A DNA stretch of 50,036 bases from Candidatus Binatia bacterium (lineage in GTDB: Bacteria; Desulfobacterota; Binatia; UBA9968): NCBI GenBank assembly GCA_040877705.1, contig JBBDNJ010000342.1, positions 1-50,036 of the forward strand. The letters run 5' to 3'. How positions within the stretch are numbered: the first letter of the stretch is position 1; each line of letters starts with the position of its first letter. The notes beneath the pieces were generated by a model that did no database searches, was not told the origin of the DNA, and saw only the letters and a program-made list of their open reading frames with translations. This document shows, piece after piece, positions 38,054 through 47,942 of this stretch. The translations under genes and the position numbers were made by a program.

Positions 38054-38794
38054 CTAGAGAAAGTTTTCTACCAGATGGCTCGAGACGTAAAATATGACAA
38101 ACCCGAGCACTACGAGGAGCGTGATCCAACGCGATTTACCCGCTTCGGAGAGAGGCACCAAAAGAGTCGCGCCGACATAGATGAAACTTCCCGCTGCCAA
38201 TGCCAGGAGCACATCCGCAAAATACGGGTCGAGTTGCCGAATCCAAAACGGCAGCACGATTCCGATCAGGGTGACAAGCCCCAAGCTTCCGCCGGCCGCC
38301 ATCGCCGCCCAGCGGCTCCATCCGGACCCGCGCATGATCGCAGCGATGACAAACCCGGCCGGAATTTCATGGAGCAACACCGCGAGAAAGATCAATATGC
38401 CCAGCTCCGGATTGGCGATCATGCCTGCGCCGATCGCCAGCCCATCGACCAAGTCGTGAACGATGAAGGCGATAAGAGACGCAAGTCCGGTCGCCACGGG
38501 GACCAGTACGTGGTGAGCGTCATCCGGCAAACTGTGCAGGTGGACGTTGGTAAACTGTTCGATCAGGAATACCAACAGGTAGCCCACCGCCACGAATCCA
38601 GGCATCGCCGGCCCTCGCGTCAAACTTTCCGGCACCATTTCGAGCAGCGCGGCTGCCAGAACAAACCCCCCGCTTAGACCAAGCGCCGCAGCGGTAAATC
38701 GGCGCGACGGCTCGCGCTGGAGCACTGCAAGAGCACTGCCGAGTATATTGGCGAGCGCGGTCAACAATCCAAGGCCGAGAGCGAAGCTAAGCAT
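38054..38794 (-). CDS. ZIP family divalent metal transporter
   Basis: VHDLVDGLAIG, LLHEIPAG, His-containing loop, AAGSFIYVGA. Confidence 0.92.
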   Translation of the reverse strand: MLSFALGLGLLTALANILGSALAVLQREPSRRFTAAALGLSGGFVLAAALLEMVPESLTRGPAMPGFVAVGYLLVFLIEQFTNVHLHSLPDDAHHVLVPVATGLASLIAFIVHDLVDGLAIGAGMIANPELGILIFLAVLLHEIPAGFVIAAIMRGSGWSRWAAMAAGGSLGLVTLIGIVLPFWIRQLDPYFADVLLALAAGSFIYVGATLLVPLSEAGKSRWITLLVVLGFVIFYVSSHLVENFL

Positions 38795-38923
38795 ATCCGT
38801 CTCTTGTGACAAACTTGATGTTGGGATGCAAACTGATCGCAAGGAAATGAGGTGGTGGGAATAAGGGCGTATGGGAGTTTCGGGTTTTGTTATTCGAGCA
38901 CTCGAGGCTTCTGGCCTAGTTGC

Positions 38924-39667
38924 CTACAAGTCGTACTTTCTTGTTATAAGATTATAACGAACTTTCACCGTCTCGCCTAAAACTCGCAGATAATCCAATA
39001 ATCCGAAATGGCTTCGATCATCATTAATCCAATTAGCGGGAATGATACCGATGCGGTACTTGAGTGCGCGGGCCAGAACCAAAACCTCGATATCGAAACC
39101 CCAACCGTCAATGGTCGTGCGAGAAAATATCTGTTCCGCCGCATCGGCGCGAAAAGCCTTGAAGCCACACTGGGTATCCCACAGGCCGGGCACCGCCAGC
39201 AGCTGAACAATCGCGTTCCCTCCACGTCCCATGAGCCGTTTGTAATAAGCTTGTGAAACAGCTTGCACAGCCTTTGCTACATCTTTTGGATTGCGCGACG
39301 CGATGACGAGGTCGCAACCTTTTTCGAAAACAAGCTTCATCTGGTCGAAGTGAACGATGTCCGTAGAATTATCCGCGTCCGAGAAGAGGCGGATAAGACC
39401 CAATGCGTTGAGCATCCCCTCTCTTACGGCATAGCCTTTACCTCGATTCACGCCATGATCGATAATTCTCAGGTTTGCGATCGTGCCACGGAGTTCAAAC
39501 AAAACATCCCGCGTATTATCCGAAGGACCGTCCAAAACAACGAGAATTTCATAGGTAAAGGCTCTACCGGCGAAGTATTCGTGAAGTCGCTTCAATGTCG
39601 ACGGCAGCCTCTCTGCTTCGTTATAGGCGGGGACTATAACCGAGAGATCGATTTGCGCCTGCGACAT
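38924..39667 (-). CDS. GT2 polyprenyl/dolichyl-phosphate glucosyltransferase-like protein
   Basis: SVIVPAYNE, NRGKGYAVREG, FSDADNS, DTQCGFKAF, GWGFDIE. Confidence 0.92.
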   Translation of the reverse strand: MSQAQIDLSVIVPAYNEAERLPSTLKRLHEYFAGRAFTYEILVVLDGPSDNTRDVLFELRGTIANLRIIDHGVNRGKGYAVREGMLNALGLIRLFSDADNSTDIVHFDQMKLVFEKGCDLVIASRNPKDVAKAVQAVSQAYYKRLMGRGGNAIVQLLAVPGLWDTQCGFKAFRADAAEQIFSRTTIDGWGFDIEVLVLARALKYRIGIIPANWINDDRSHFGLLDYLRVLGETVKVRYNLITRKYDL

Positions 39668-39865
39668 TGGAATCTATAGCCGGAACTTGATAGGGGTATG
39701 AATAATTTGAGTCATTCTAATCCAACCTGGGTAAGTGTTACAATTGGAAACTGATCGATACACCGCTCAGGAGTAGCGAGTTACTGTTGCTTTCGTTAGG
39801 TGTCGCAATGGTTTTCTTGGCCGTCGAAGATTATTGCTTTTCATCGAAGAATTGTCAGGAAGCAA

Positions 39866-41308
39866 ATGCCCTATAGCAGTCTGCAAGATTTCGTCGAGAT
39901 TTTAGAACGCGAAGGCGAACTCAGGCGTATTCGCTATCCGGTCAAAGCCGAACTGGAGATCGCCGAGATCGCCGATCGCGTCATGAAAAGCGGCGGGCCG
40001 GCGTTGTTATTTGAGAGTGTCGTCGGCAAACAGATCCCGGTTCTAATTAATGCCTTCGGCTCGACCAAGCGCATGGCGCTGGCATTGGGGGTCGCCGATA
40101 TCGAGGAAATTGCCGGCCAAGTGCAGAAACTGGTGCAAACCAAGCCGCCGAAATCGTTCAAAGACAAGCTGCATCTGCTTTCAGAATTGATAAAACTTGC
40201 CGGTATCCCGCCCAGGATCGTCAAGAGCGGGGAATGCCAGCGGATCATCCATCGGGAGCCTGACCTGAGTATCCTCCCGGTTCTCACCTGTTGGCCTGGC
40301 GATGCCGGTCAGTTCATCACTTTGCCGATGGTTTTCTCGAAAGATCCGCGCAACGGAACTCGAAACGTCGGTCTCTATCGCATGCAAATTTTCGACTCTC
40401 GAACCACCGGCATGCACTGGCATCTGCACAAAGTCGGCGCGCGCCACTACCAGCGTCACAAAGAGCAGAGCGGGCGCATGGAGCTGGCGGTCTGCTTGGG
40501 CGGCGATCCGGCATTGATTTACGCCGCTACGGCGCCCCTGCCGGACCAGATAGACGAGATACTCTTCAGCGGTTTTTTACGAAAGAAAGGAGTGCCGCTG
40601 GTCAAAGGCGTCACGGTGGACGTGGAGGTTCCAGCTAATTCGGACGTCGTCATTGAAGGCTACGTCGACCCTGCCGAACCCTTGCGGCGCGAAGGTCCAT
40701 TCGGCGATCATACCGGTTTCTATTCGCTGGCCGACGATTATCCGGTATTCCATGTCACCTGTATCACGCATAAACAAAATCCCATTTATCCCACGACCAT
40801 CGTCGGCCGGCCGCCGATGGAAGACGCGTATATCGGTAAAGCGACGGAGAGGATCTTCTTGCCGCTGCTGCGCCTCACTTTTCCCGAGATCGTCGACATG
40901 AACTTGCCGGTCCACGGCGTTTTTCACAACCTTGCCGTCATTTCGATTCAAAAGAACTATCCGGCCCATGCGCGCAAGATCATGCACGCTCTGTGGGGCA
41001 TGGGCCAGATGATGTTCACCAAGATTTTGATTATCGTCGACCATGACGTGAACGTGCACGATCTCTCCGCAGTCACCTGGGTTGTCGGAAATCATATTGA
41101 CCCGCAGCGCGATACGGTCTTGGTCGAAGGGCCGGTGGACGTTTTGGATCATGCCGCCCCGATGCTGGGCTATGGCTCCAAGATTGGCATCGACGCCACC
41201 CGCAAGTGGCGTAGTGAAGGATTTGATCGGGAATGGCCCGACGCCATCGTCATGGACGAAAAAACAAAAACCCATATCGATTCGATCTGGCAGAAGTTAG
41301 GCCTATAG
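39866..41308 (+). CDS. ubiD: UbiD-family decarboxylase, menaquinone (futalosine pathway) type
   Basis: GGPALLFE, RNVGLYRMQ, EGPFGDHTGFY, GPVDVLDHA, KIGIDATRK. Start ATG 39866. Confidence 0.93.
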   Translation: MPYSSLQDFVEILEREGELRRIRYPVKAELEIAEIADRVMKSGGPALLFESVVGKQIPVLINAFGSTKRMALALGVADIEEIAGQVQKLVQTKPPKSFKDKLHLLSELIKLAGIPPRIVKSGECQRIIHREPDLSILPVLTCWPGDAGQFITLPMVFSKDPRNGTRNVGLYRMQIFDSRTTGMHWHLHKVGARHYQRHKEQSGRMELAVCLGGDPALIYAATAPLPDQIDEILFSGFLRKKGVPLVKGVTVDVEVPANSDVVIEGYVDPAEPLRREGPFGDHTGFYSLADDYPVFHVTCITHKQNPIYPTTIVGRPPMEDAYIGKATERIFLPLLRLTFPEIVDMNLPVHGVFHNLAVISIQKNYPAHARKIMHALWGMGQMMFTKILIIVDHDVNVHDLSAVTWVVGNHIDPQRDTVLVEGPVDVLDHAAPMLGYGSKIGIDATRKWRSEGFDREWPDAIVMDEKTKTHIDSIWQKLGL

Positions 41309-41318
41309 CTCAATCGCG

Positions 41319-41397
41319 GTTCAAACCGTTCAAGTCGTTCAAATTGTTCAATCACCGAAACGGGTTGAACGGCTTGAAGGGATTACCCGAATTGAAT
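41319..41397. repeat. 9-bp-period GTTCAA tandem/inverted repeat
   Basis: GTTCAAACC GTTCAAGTC GTTCAAATT GTTCAATCA followed by inverted TTGAAC/TTGAAG/TTGAAT copies. Confidence 0.85.
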
Positions 41398-41422
41398 CGG
41401 CCACGCAAACGCACAAAGACTC

Positions 41423-42343
41423 ATGCAACAACTGGTATCGACAAAGATGGGGCTATTCGCGAAGATTAGAAATTACGCCAGCCTGGTTCGTTTTTCCCAT
41501 ACGATCTTTGCATTGCCCTTTGCTTTTGCGTCAATAACTCTGGCGTGGCCGAAGCATCCTGTAACGTGGCGTGAACTGCTCTGGATTGTGGTCGCCATGA
41601 TCGGCGCGCGCACTGCGGCGATGGGATTTAATCGCCTGTCTGACCGGAAATTCGATGCTCTGAACCCGCGCACCGAAGGATGGGAACTGCCTAAAGGCAC
41701 GGTCAAGGTCTGGGAAGCGGGGCTGCTGACGGCCGCAGCAGCGCTGATCTTTGTCTTGGCCGCGTATCAACTGAATTGGTTTTGTTTTGTTTTATCGCCC
41801 GTCGCTCTAGCCGTCATCTTCTTCTACTCGCTGACGAAACGATTCACCTGGGCCTCGCACCTATTTCTCGGACTTGCTCTTTCGCTTGCCCCGATCGGGG
41901 CTTGGCTAGCTGTGGCCGGTTTGCCGATCGACTTGAGGGAGCTGTTCGTTCCTTTATATCTCGGCTTGGCGGTGGTTTTTTGGCTCGCTGGGTTCGATAT
42001 TATCTACTCGCTTCAGGATCGTGAGTTCGACCACGCGCAAGGATTGCACTCTATCCCGGTTCGTTTCGGCGTTGCCGGCGCGTTGCACCTCTCAAGCATT
42101 TTTCATCTGTGCACGATAGCCTTTCTTGCAGGGGTGGGGCTTACTGCCCAACTCGGAGTCATCTACTGGATCGGCTGCATCGCGGTCGCCGCCGTTTTGC
42201 TATGGGAGCATTGCATCGTGCGGCCCAACGATCTATCGCGCATCAATCGCGCTTTCTTTGATTTGAATGCTTACGTCAGCATCGGCTACTTTTTAGTCAC
42301 GCTGGCCGACGTTGCAGTCACCTACGGCACCGGGATTGGATGA
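41423..42343 (+). CDS. ubiA: UbiA-like polyprenyltransferase (MqnP type)
   Basis: FSHTIFALPFA, ARTAAMGFNRL.DRKFDALNPRT, YSLTKRFT, FDIIYSLQD. Confidence 0.92.
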   Translation: MQQLVSTKMGLFAKIRNYASLVRFSHTIFALPFAFASITLAWPKHPVTWRELLWIVVAMIGARTAAMGFNRLSDRKFDALNPRTEGWELPKGTVKVWEAGLLTAAAALIFVLAAYQLNWFCFVLSPVALAVIFFYSLTKRFTWASHLFLGLALSLAPIGAWLAVAGLPIDLRELFVPLYLGLAVVFWLAGFDIIYSLQDREFDHAQGLHSIPVRFGVAGALHLSSIFHLCTIAFLAGVGLTAQLGVIYWIGCIAVAAVLLWEHCIVRPNDLSRINRAFFDLNAYVSIGYFLVTLADVAVTYGTGIG

Positions 42344-43134
42344 CGGGCATCACACTCATTACCACTCTAGCCGCTCTCGGGGTGATCGGCGGTTTTTTCT
42401 CCGGCTTACTGGGCTTCGGCGGCGGCGTGCTGATGTTCCCTCTCTTGTACTACGTTCCACCGTTATTCAGTCTTCCGAAGCTTGACGCGAAAATCGTAGC
42501 GGCGATCGTGATTAGCCAGGTCTTTTTCTCAACCATCATCGGCGGGATGGCACACTTGCGCCGCAGGCGCGTGCACGGGCGGATTACTTTAGTAGCGGGA
42601 ATCACCTCGGCGACCGGCTCGCTTGCCGGAGGGATAGTATCGGGATGGACTTCCGAGCATGTTTTGTTGGTCCTTTTCGGCATCATTAGCGCCATCGTAT
42701 TGTTGATGATGTTCTTGCCGGCACCCAACAAGGAGCAAGAGGAAGTTTCGGTGGAAAAGGTAACTGTACCCCTTTTACCGCTGTCGGTTTGCTCCCTCGC
42801 CACCGGCATCGTGATCGGTTTTCTAGGTGCGGGAAATTTCGTCTTCGTCCCGTTACTGATCTACGTCTTAAAAGTGCCGACACGAATCGCCATCGGCAGC
42901 AGCTTGTTTATCGCCATGATGAATACTTTTAGCGGCTTTTTAGGAAAGCTTATCACCGGACAGATTCCTCTAATGCTGGCCACCAGCGTCGTCGTCGGTG
43001 CTGCCGCCGGCGCTCTTGTCGGAGAGAAGATCCACCGCCAGGTCTCCGCACAAACTCTCCGGCAGATCTATGCCGTCATGGTCTGGCTTATCGCCATCAG
43101 GGTATGGATCACTATAGTTGGATTCAATGACTAG
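42340..43134 (+). CDS. TauE/SafE (TSUP) family transporter
   Basis: GFFSGLLGFGGG, second repeat GFLGAG, AIGSSL. Confidence 0.9.
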   Translation: MTGITLITTLAALGVIGGFFSGLLGFGGGVLMFPLLYYVPPLFSLPKLDAKIVAAIVISQVFFSTIIGGMAHLRRRRVHGRITLVAGITSATGSLAGGIVSGWTSEHVLLVLFGIISAIVLLMMFLPAPNKEQEEVSVEKVTVPLLPLSVCSLATGIVIGFLGAGNFVFVPLLIYVLKVPTRIAIGSSLFIAMMNTFSGFLGKLITGQIPLMLATSVVVGAAAGALVGEKIHRQVSAQTLRQIYAVMVWLIAIRVWITIVGFND

Positions 43135-43273
43135 ACCGCATTGCTCTGCTTTCTGATTGGCCGAATCAGCGTGGAATGCGCCTAATTCAAGCGGCTGCGA
43201 TTCGGGGTTAAGCTTCTCCAGATACCCCGGATCAGATCGGCAGGCCCATGCCACCCAGCGAGTCGGACAAGAG

Positions 43274-45334
43274 CTACTCTGTTGACCGAATCGGCTCGAG
43301 CTTTTTACGTGACTTCAAAATCCGCAGGGCCTCCTGGTAATGTTTCACTGCCTCCGTTCTGTTTCCCTGCTCTGCAAGCGCGTGACCTAGACTTTCATGG
43401 GCTTGAGCAAATTCTTGCTGAAGGCTGATGGCTCGCCGGAAATATTCAATGGCTTGATCGAGATGGCCCTGAACCGCCAGCAGCCTGCCGAGGGAATTGT
43501 AGGACGGTGCAAAGTCCGGATTCACCCTTAAGCTCTCTTTGAGGCTGTCGCTTGCCTGATCGAGTCGGCCCAACTTAGCTAAAATAACTCCTAAATTAAA
43601 ATGAATCTCGGCGCCGGACAGGCCAAGATCCAAGGCCTTCCTATACTGTTGAACAGCGCTTTCCAGCTTTCCTTGACGAGCAAATAAGTTTGCCAAACTA
43701 TTGTAGGCCTCGGCATGAGCTGAATTGATTCTAATAGCCTCCGCGAGGTGATAGCCTGCTTTGTTAAAATCACCTTGGTGGACCAGAAGGTTGCCTAGAT
43801 TGAAATGGGCCGTCCCATACTCCGGCCGTAGCGCCAAAGCCTGCTGGTAATTGTCCGACGCGCTTGTCAATTTCCCTTGCTTGCTGAACGCATTAGCGAG
43901 ATTATTATAGCCCGCTGCTGAGGGTGCGGGCTTGCCAATGACCGGCCAATGGACGACCGCGGCGGTCACCGATAATACGGCCAGGGCGGCGGCGACACGA
44001 GCCATAAGCTTGGCTCGAGAGAGGGTAAATCCCTCGATGACGCCCGCTCCAGCCAGAAGCGCCAGCAAAGGAACCAACGAAACACGGTAGCGCGCAAAGA
44101 CATAAAAAAAAGTTACGCTGAGCGCCAGACTTATGATAAGTCCATAGAGTAACCAAAGCCTGCGTCTTTGCCTCCAGGTGAGAAAACAACCCATGGCCGC
44201 CAAAGGGGCCAGAACGCCAAAATGACTGGCGACCCCCATTGCCTGCAGAAGGGGAGACCAGTGCTGGTACAAATAGAAATCGTCCGCATCTTCCAGCTCA
44301 CGGACGTTCCACACCATCAGCCATTTCTTGGCGGTCAGCCTGAGCCATTCAAAGGGATGATCCCGAATATAATCCCTGGCGCGCATCAACCAATAACGGG
44401 AAACCTCTCCAGGCGAAAGATTCTTGCCAAGTGCCTGCTGCGCCAGTTCTGTGGCGTCTTGTCTCTCGAATTTCGCATCACCATGGCCCGGTCGCAAAGG
44501 CGCATAGACTCCGGTAGCGTCAAGATTGTTACCGATAAAAAAATTAGGCCCCAGCTGTGAAGTGGTCAATGTAAATTCACCACCGACGTGTAGATTACGC
44601 AGCCCCACGGGTAGGAGAATCAGGACCAAGCCGGCCAGAAAAGCGGCCGTCCAATGCAGCCGCGATTGAAGCGGGTATTCGACAAAATAAAGCCAAGTCC
44701 ATACGGCGACAACCAATACCCAGATAAGCGCATTCTCGCGGCATAGCCCTAAAAGACCCAGCACAGTTCCGGCACCCAGCCAATGGCTCCAATGAGGTTT
44801 TTGCTGTGCCCTGCTGAGCAGGAACAAAAACGAGCTGATCAAGAAGAGATCGAGAATAGTTTTCTGAATGAGAGCTTCGAAAAAGATCGCCGGCGCGTAA
44901 AGCGCCAGAATAAGACCGGCGGCAACCCCTGCTGTCCGCGAGAAGAATGTTCTTCCGGTCCAATACAGAAGGACGCAAGAGGCGGCGCCCAAAATCATTT
45001 GAACGACACGAACGAACCAAAGATCGCGACCGAAAAAAAACTGCAGGAGACCTAGGAAGTAGGGATAAAGCGGAGCTTGGTAGAAAACCTCCCGGCCGAT
45101 CCAATCGCCCGTTGCGATTCGTTGAGCCCACTCGTCGTAACTGTGGCCGTCCGAGACGAGATGATAGAAAAGAGGGATAGCTTCAATCTGCGACAGATAC
45201 AAAAGACGAACGGCAACAGCGAGGATAAAGATAGCAAGTGAGATAACAACATCGATCCGTATCGCGGCGTTTGGGGTCGCGCTGTTTGAAGCCGGACGGT
45301 GTTTTTTCTTATCGTCGGTTTTCGGTTTAGACAT
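43274..45334 (-). CDS. GT-C (ArnT/PMT_2-like) glycosyltransferase fused to C-terminal TPRs
   Basis: D..YDEWA, YQAPLYPYFL, many TM helices, NFFIGNN, ARYR, about 6 TPRs. Confidence 0.88.
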   Translation of the reverse strand: MSKPKTDDKKKHRPASNSATPNAAIRIDVVISLAIFILAVAVRLLYLSQIEAIPLFYHLVSDGHSYDEWAQRIATGDWIGREVFYQAPLYPYFLGLLQFFFGRDLWFVRVVQMILGAASCVLLYWTGRTFFSRTAGVAAGLILALYAPAIFFEALIQKTILDLFLISSFLFLLSRAQQKPHWSHWLGAGTVLGLLGLCRENALIWVLVVAVWTWLYFVEYPLQSRLHWTAAFLAGLVLILLPVGLRNLHVGGEFTLTTSQLGPNFFIGNNLDATGVYAPLRPGHGDAKFERQDATELAQQALGKNLSPGEVSRYWLMRARDYIRDHPFEWLRLTAKKWLMVWNVRELEDADDFYLYQHWSPLLQAMGVASHFGVLAPLAAMGCFLTWRQRRRLWLLYGLIISLALSVTFFYVFARYRVSLVPLLALLAGAGVIEGFTLSRAKLMARVAAALAVLSVTAAVVHWPVIGKPAPSAAGYNNLANAFSKQGKLTSASDNYQQALALRPEYGTAHFNLGNLLVHQGDFNKAGYHLAEAIRINSAHAEAYNSLANLFARQGKLESAVQQYRKALDLGLSGAEIHFNLGVILAKLGRLDQASDSLKESLRVNPDFAPSYNSLGRLLAVQGHLDQAIEYFRRAISLQQEFAQAHESLGHALAEQGNRTEAVKHYQEALRILKSRKKLEPIRSTE

Positions 45335-45407
45335 GGGGCGCATTCGGCACAAATATCAACGGGGTCCAAAACTCATCAGTTGTCGAGGCAAACCCGGCAT
45401 GGCGAGC

Positions 45408-46757
45408 TCAAGCTGCCGTCTCAGATTCCCCCATGAGCTTTTTGTAGCGTCGCGCGATGCCTATGACAAAAAACAGCGATGCTAGAGCAAACCCGACGTT
45501 GACGGCAGCGAAGGCGTCGGTATCGAGAGCGAATTTTACGCCGATGAAAACAAACAGGGCGGACAATACGTCTCCGATGCGGACGAAAAATGTATCGATG
45601 GCGGCTTTCGCCTTGTATTTCGCTTCCCTGCTTGTCGGCAGAAACAGAGCCTGGCGACAGGTATTCTGCAGTGAATAGTCAATGCTATTCTCGACGATTT
45701 TGGCCGACGTGATGTAGCTCAGAACCGGCATAAAGGTCATCAGAGAGTAACCTCCCAGAGCGACGCCCGGCAGGAAAAAAAGAGCGGCGGACACCCCGAC
45801 GTACTTGATGATGCGCGAGACCAGAAACAACTGCACGGCGGCGGAAATCAAATTCACCCAAAAAAAGAAAGTCGCATAGAATTCCCCAATAAAAGTTTCC
45901 GCGATTTTTTTTCTTTCTTCATTCGCCAGATCGCTTGTCGGACCAGTAACGCCAACCTGAGGCGCTTCGTTCGAAGCCATCTGCTGTGCTTCTATTGTGA
46001 CTGTTTTGCCGAGGATAAACTCGCCCGTAGTATTGACCAGATTTAGAGCGATCATAAGCAAGGCGATCAAGAGAAGATAGCGCTGCCCCACAACCAACTC
46101 GAACCCTCCCTCTTTTCCTAGGGGCACTTCGGCCTCTTCCTCCTTGGCAGATGCTTTAGCCGGGCGTTGCTCGCGCGTATTGACGATGTTGGCGATCAGA
46201 ATATAAATACCGAGAAGAGCCGCAGCCACCAACATGAGTGCGTACGCGCCCAGCGGCTGAAACAACCAACCCGCAATCTTCGGTCCCAGGATCGCTCCCA
46301 GTGAACCGCCAAAAGCGACGATCGCGAAGAGACGCCTGCCTTGCTCCGGGGTATAGATGTCGTTGGCAAAAGACCAGAATTGCGCCACAACGAGAAGATT
46401 GAAAATACCTACCCAGAGAAAAAAAGCCACCCCGAGCGGCACGTGGAATTGTGCCATAACGTAGAAGGCAATAAGGTTGGAGATAAAAAAGAGAACGACC
46501 CAAGTGATCAGTTTGATTCGATTGACTTTGCTCGCCAGTAAACCATAGGCCGGCACGACCAAAACCAGGAGAAGCGCTTGTCCGGCGGCCGCGTAGCTTT
46601 TGATTTCCGCTCCCCCACCGGTAAGAATGAGAGGCTCTCGCACTGTCTTGATAATCAAATAGGAGGTAAGAAGAATAAACAAATTGAGCATCAGGAGAAT
46701 CGCGGTCCATCCCTCTCCTTTACGCACCTCCGCGAACAGCCTAAGTAATCGCTCCAA
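45408..46757 (-). CDS. Npt1/Npt2 (NTT/TLC ATP/ADP translocase) family nucleotide transporter
   Basis: YLIIKTVREPL, QFWSFANDIY..EQGRRLF, DYSLQNT.RQALFLPT..EAKYKAKAAIDTFFVR.GD. TTG start after AGGAG. Confidence 0.9.
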   Translation of the reverse strand: MERLLRLFAEVRKGEGWTAILLMLNLFILLTSYLIIKTVREPLILTGGGAEIKSYAAAGQALLLVLVVPAYGLLASKVNRIKLITWVVLFFISNLIAFYVMAQFHVPLGVAFFLWVGIFNLLVVAQFWSFANDIYTPEQGRRLFAIVAFGGSLGAILGPKIAGWLFQPLGAYALMLVAAALLGIYILIANIVNTREQRPAKASAKEEEAEVPLGKEGGFELVVGQRYLLLIALLMIALNLVNTTGEFILGKTVTIEAQQMASNEAPQVGVTGPTSDLANEERKKIAETFIGEFYATFFFWVNLISAAVQLFLVSRIIKYVGVSAALFFLPGVALGGYSLMTFMPVLSYITSAKIVENSIDYSLQNTCRQALFLPTSREAKYKAKAAIDTFFVRIGDVLSALFVFIGVKFALDTDAFAAVNVGFALASLFFVIGIARRYKKLMGESETAA

Positions 46758-46934
46758 AAGGTTTTCTCTCCTATCGATGTGGGATTGCGACCGGGTTTAG
46801 CAAATAATGCCTAGAGCGCATGGACTGGGTAGGCCGACAAACATTTTCGAGATTTGCGTTAACGCGCGCGCAGCTTCGAGCCATTCCGTTTTCCTGTTTT
46901 TCCGGTTTTGTAATTAAGGGTTTTAGCCATGCCC

Positions 46935-47942
46935 CTAGCCAGGAGATCCGTAAATTCCCTTAGCGGCATCCCCTTTAACTGCTCGATAGACAGCTTCCGA
47001 GATCCCCCCTGTTTCTCCTCGTTTTCCCTTTTCATATGCATCCTCCAGAGCCTGACTGACTTTGGCCCTCAAACCCTCGGGCGTGTATTTATGCGTGACT
47101 TCCCTGATAAAGTTCAGGTCCGCAACAACAGCCTTCCCGCGCCCGCGACTATTGTCAATGACGCTGATCGCAACCTTTGGATCGCCTTTATACTTGTCAG
47201 CGGTTTGTAGGACGACTTTCGGCGCGTTGATATGAGTATGGAGAAACACGTCGAGCGGAACGGCTCTTCCCATCCTGTCGCTCTGTGACAGCGCCCCGTT
47301 GACGAAAGCCTCTAGCGGATCTCGGTAAACATACACGATGCTTACGGCCTTAGACGCGTCCAGCGCTTGGGCAATTTTTTCTAACGATGACTGCGAGCTC
47401 GATAAGGTCGAGTCGTAAATGATCTGTGCGAACCGGACGACATTGGCAACTCCAGGCACGGCTTTGATCGCCGTTGTTTTACCCGCCGCGGTGCCTCCGG
47501 CAGTGAAAACGACCAGGTCGAGATTATTGGGTCCCGCCGGCTTTGTGAGTTCCCTTCTATAGATCTCTTTTACCAGAGCGCTGGCCGGCTCGTGCACGGC
47601 ATTACTCCAACTTGCCCGGGCTGCTTGCGTTTGCGAATCAGTCGCACCGATTCCGCCGGGAGCATAATCCGTGGATAGTTCTCTGGCATTGTCGGTGTTG
47701 ATCTCGTTGCCGAACTCTTCCTGATAGCGAGCTATGACTCGATCGGTATTTTGCTCTAAATCTTTGGCGAACCGAGCTTCAATTTCCCGCTCTTCCGGAG
47801 AGAGATTCTTGCCCCTTTCAATCCTTAGCCTTCCGGGATAAAAGCCTTGTTCTCCTGCTGACGGATTAAATGAACAAGACCAGGAGCCGACTACCGCGAA
47901 CCAGACCACCAACAGGAAATGCGCGCTGCGGACCTTGGTCAT
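46935..47942 (-). CDS. Zeta-toxin-like P-loop kinase with N-terminal lipoprotein-type signal
   Basis: Hydrophobic signal ending in SWSC, NTDNAREL, VHEPAS, Walker A AGGTAAGKTT, IYDSTLS, VYVYRDP, GRAVP. Start 47942 after GGAGG. Confidence 0.78.
   Translation of the reverse strand: MTKVRSAHFLLVVWFAVVGSWSCSFNPSAGEQGFYPGRLRIERGKNLSPEEREIEARFAKDLEQNTDRVIARYQEEFGNEINTDNARELSTDYAPGGIGATDSQTQAARASWSNAVHEPASALVKEIYRRELTKPAGPNNLDLVVFTAGGTAAGKTTAIKAVPGVANVVRFAQIIYDSTLSSSQSSLEKIAQALDASKAVSIVYVYRDPLEAFVNGALSQSDRMGRAVPLDVFLHTHINAPKVVLQTADKYKGDPKVAISVIDNSRGRGKAVVADLNFIREVTHKYTPEGLRAKVSQALEDAYEKGKRGETGGISEAVYRAVKGDAAKGIYGSPG

Noticed and set aside
38000-38677. 225-aa plus-strand ORF overlapping the murU stop
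   Set aside because: Antisense to the well-supported ZIP transporter, with low-information composition.
41319-41397. CRISPR array (also 21279-21319 and 5462-5492)
   Set aside because: Units are 9-15 bp without unique spacers of CRISPR length, and no cas genes are present.
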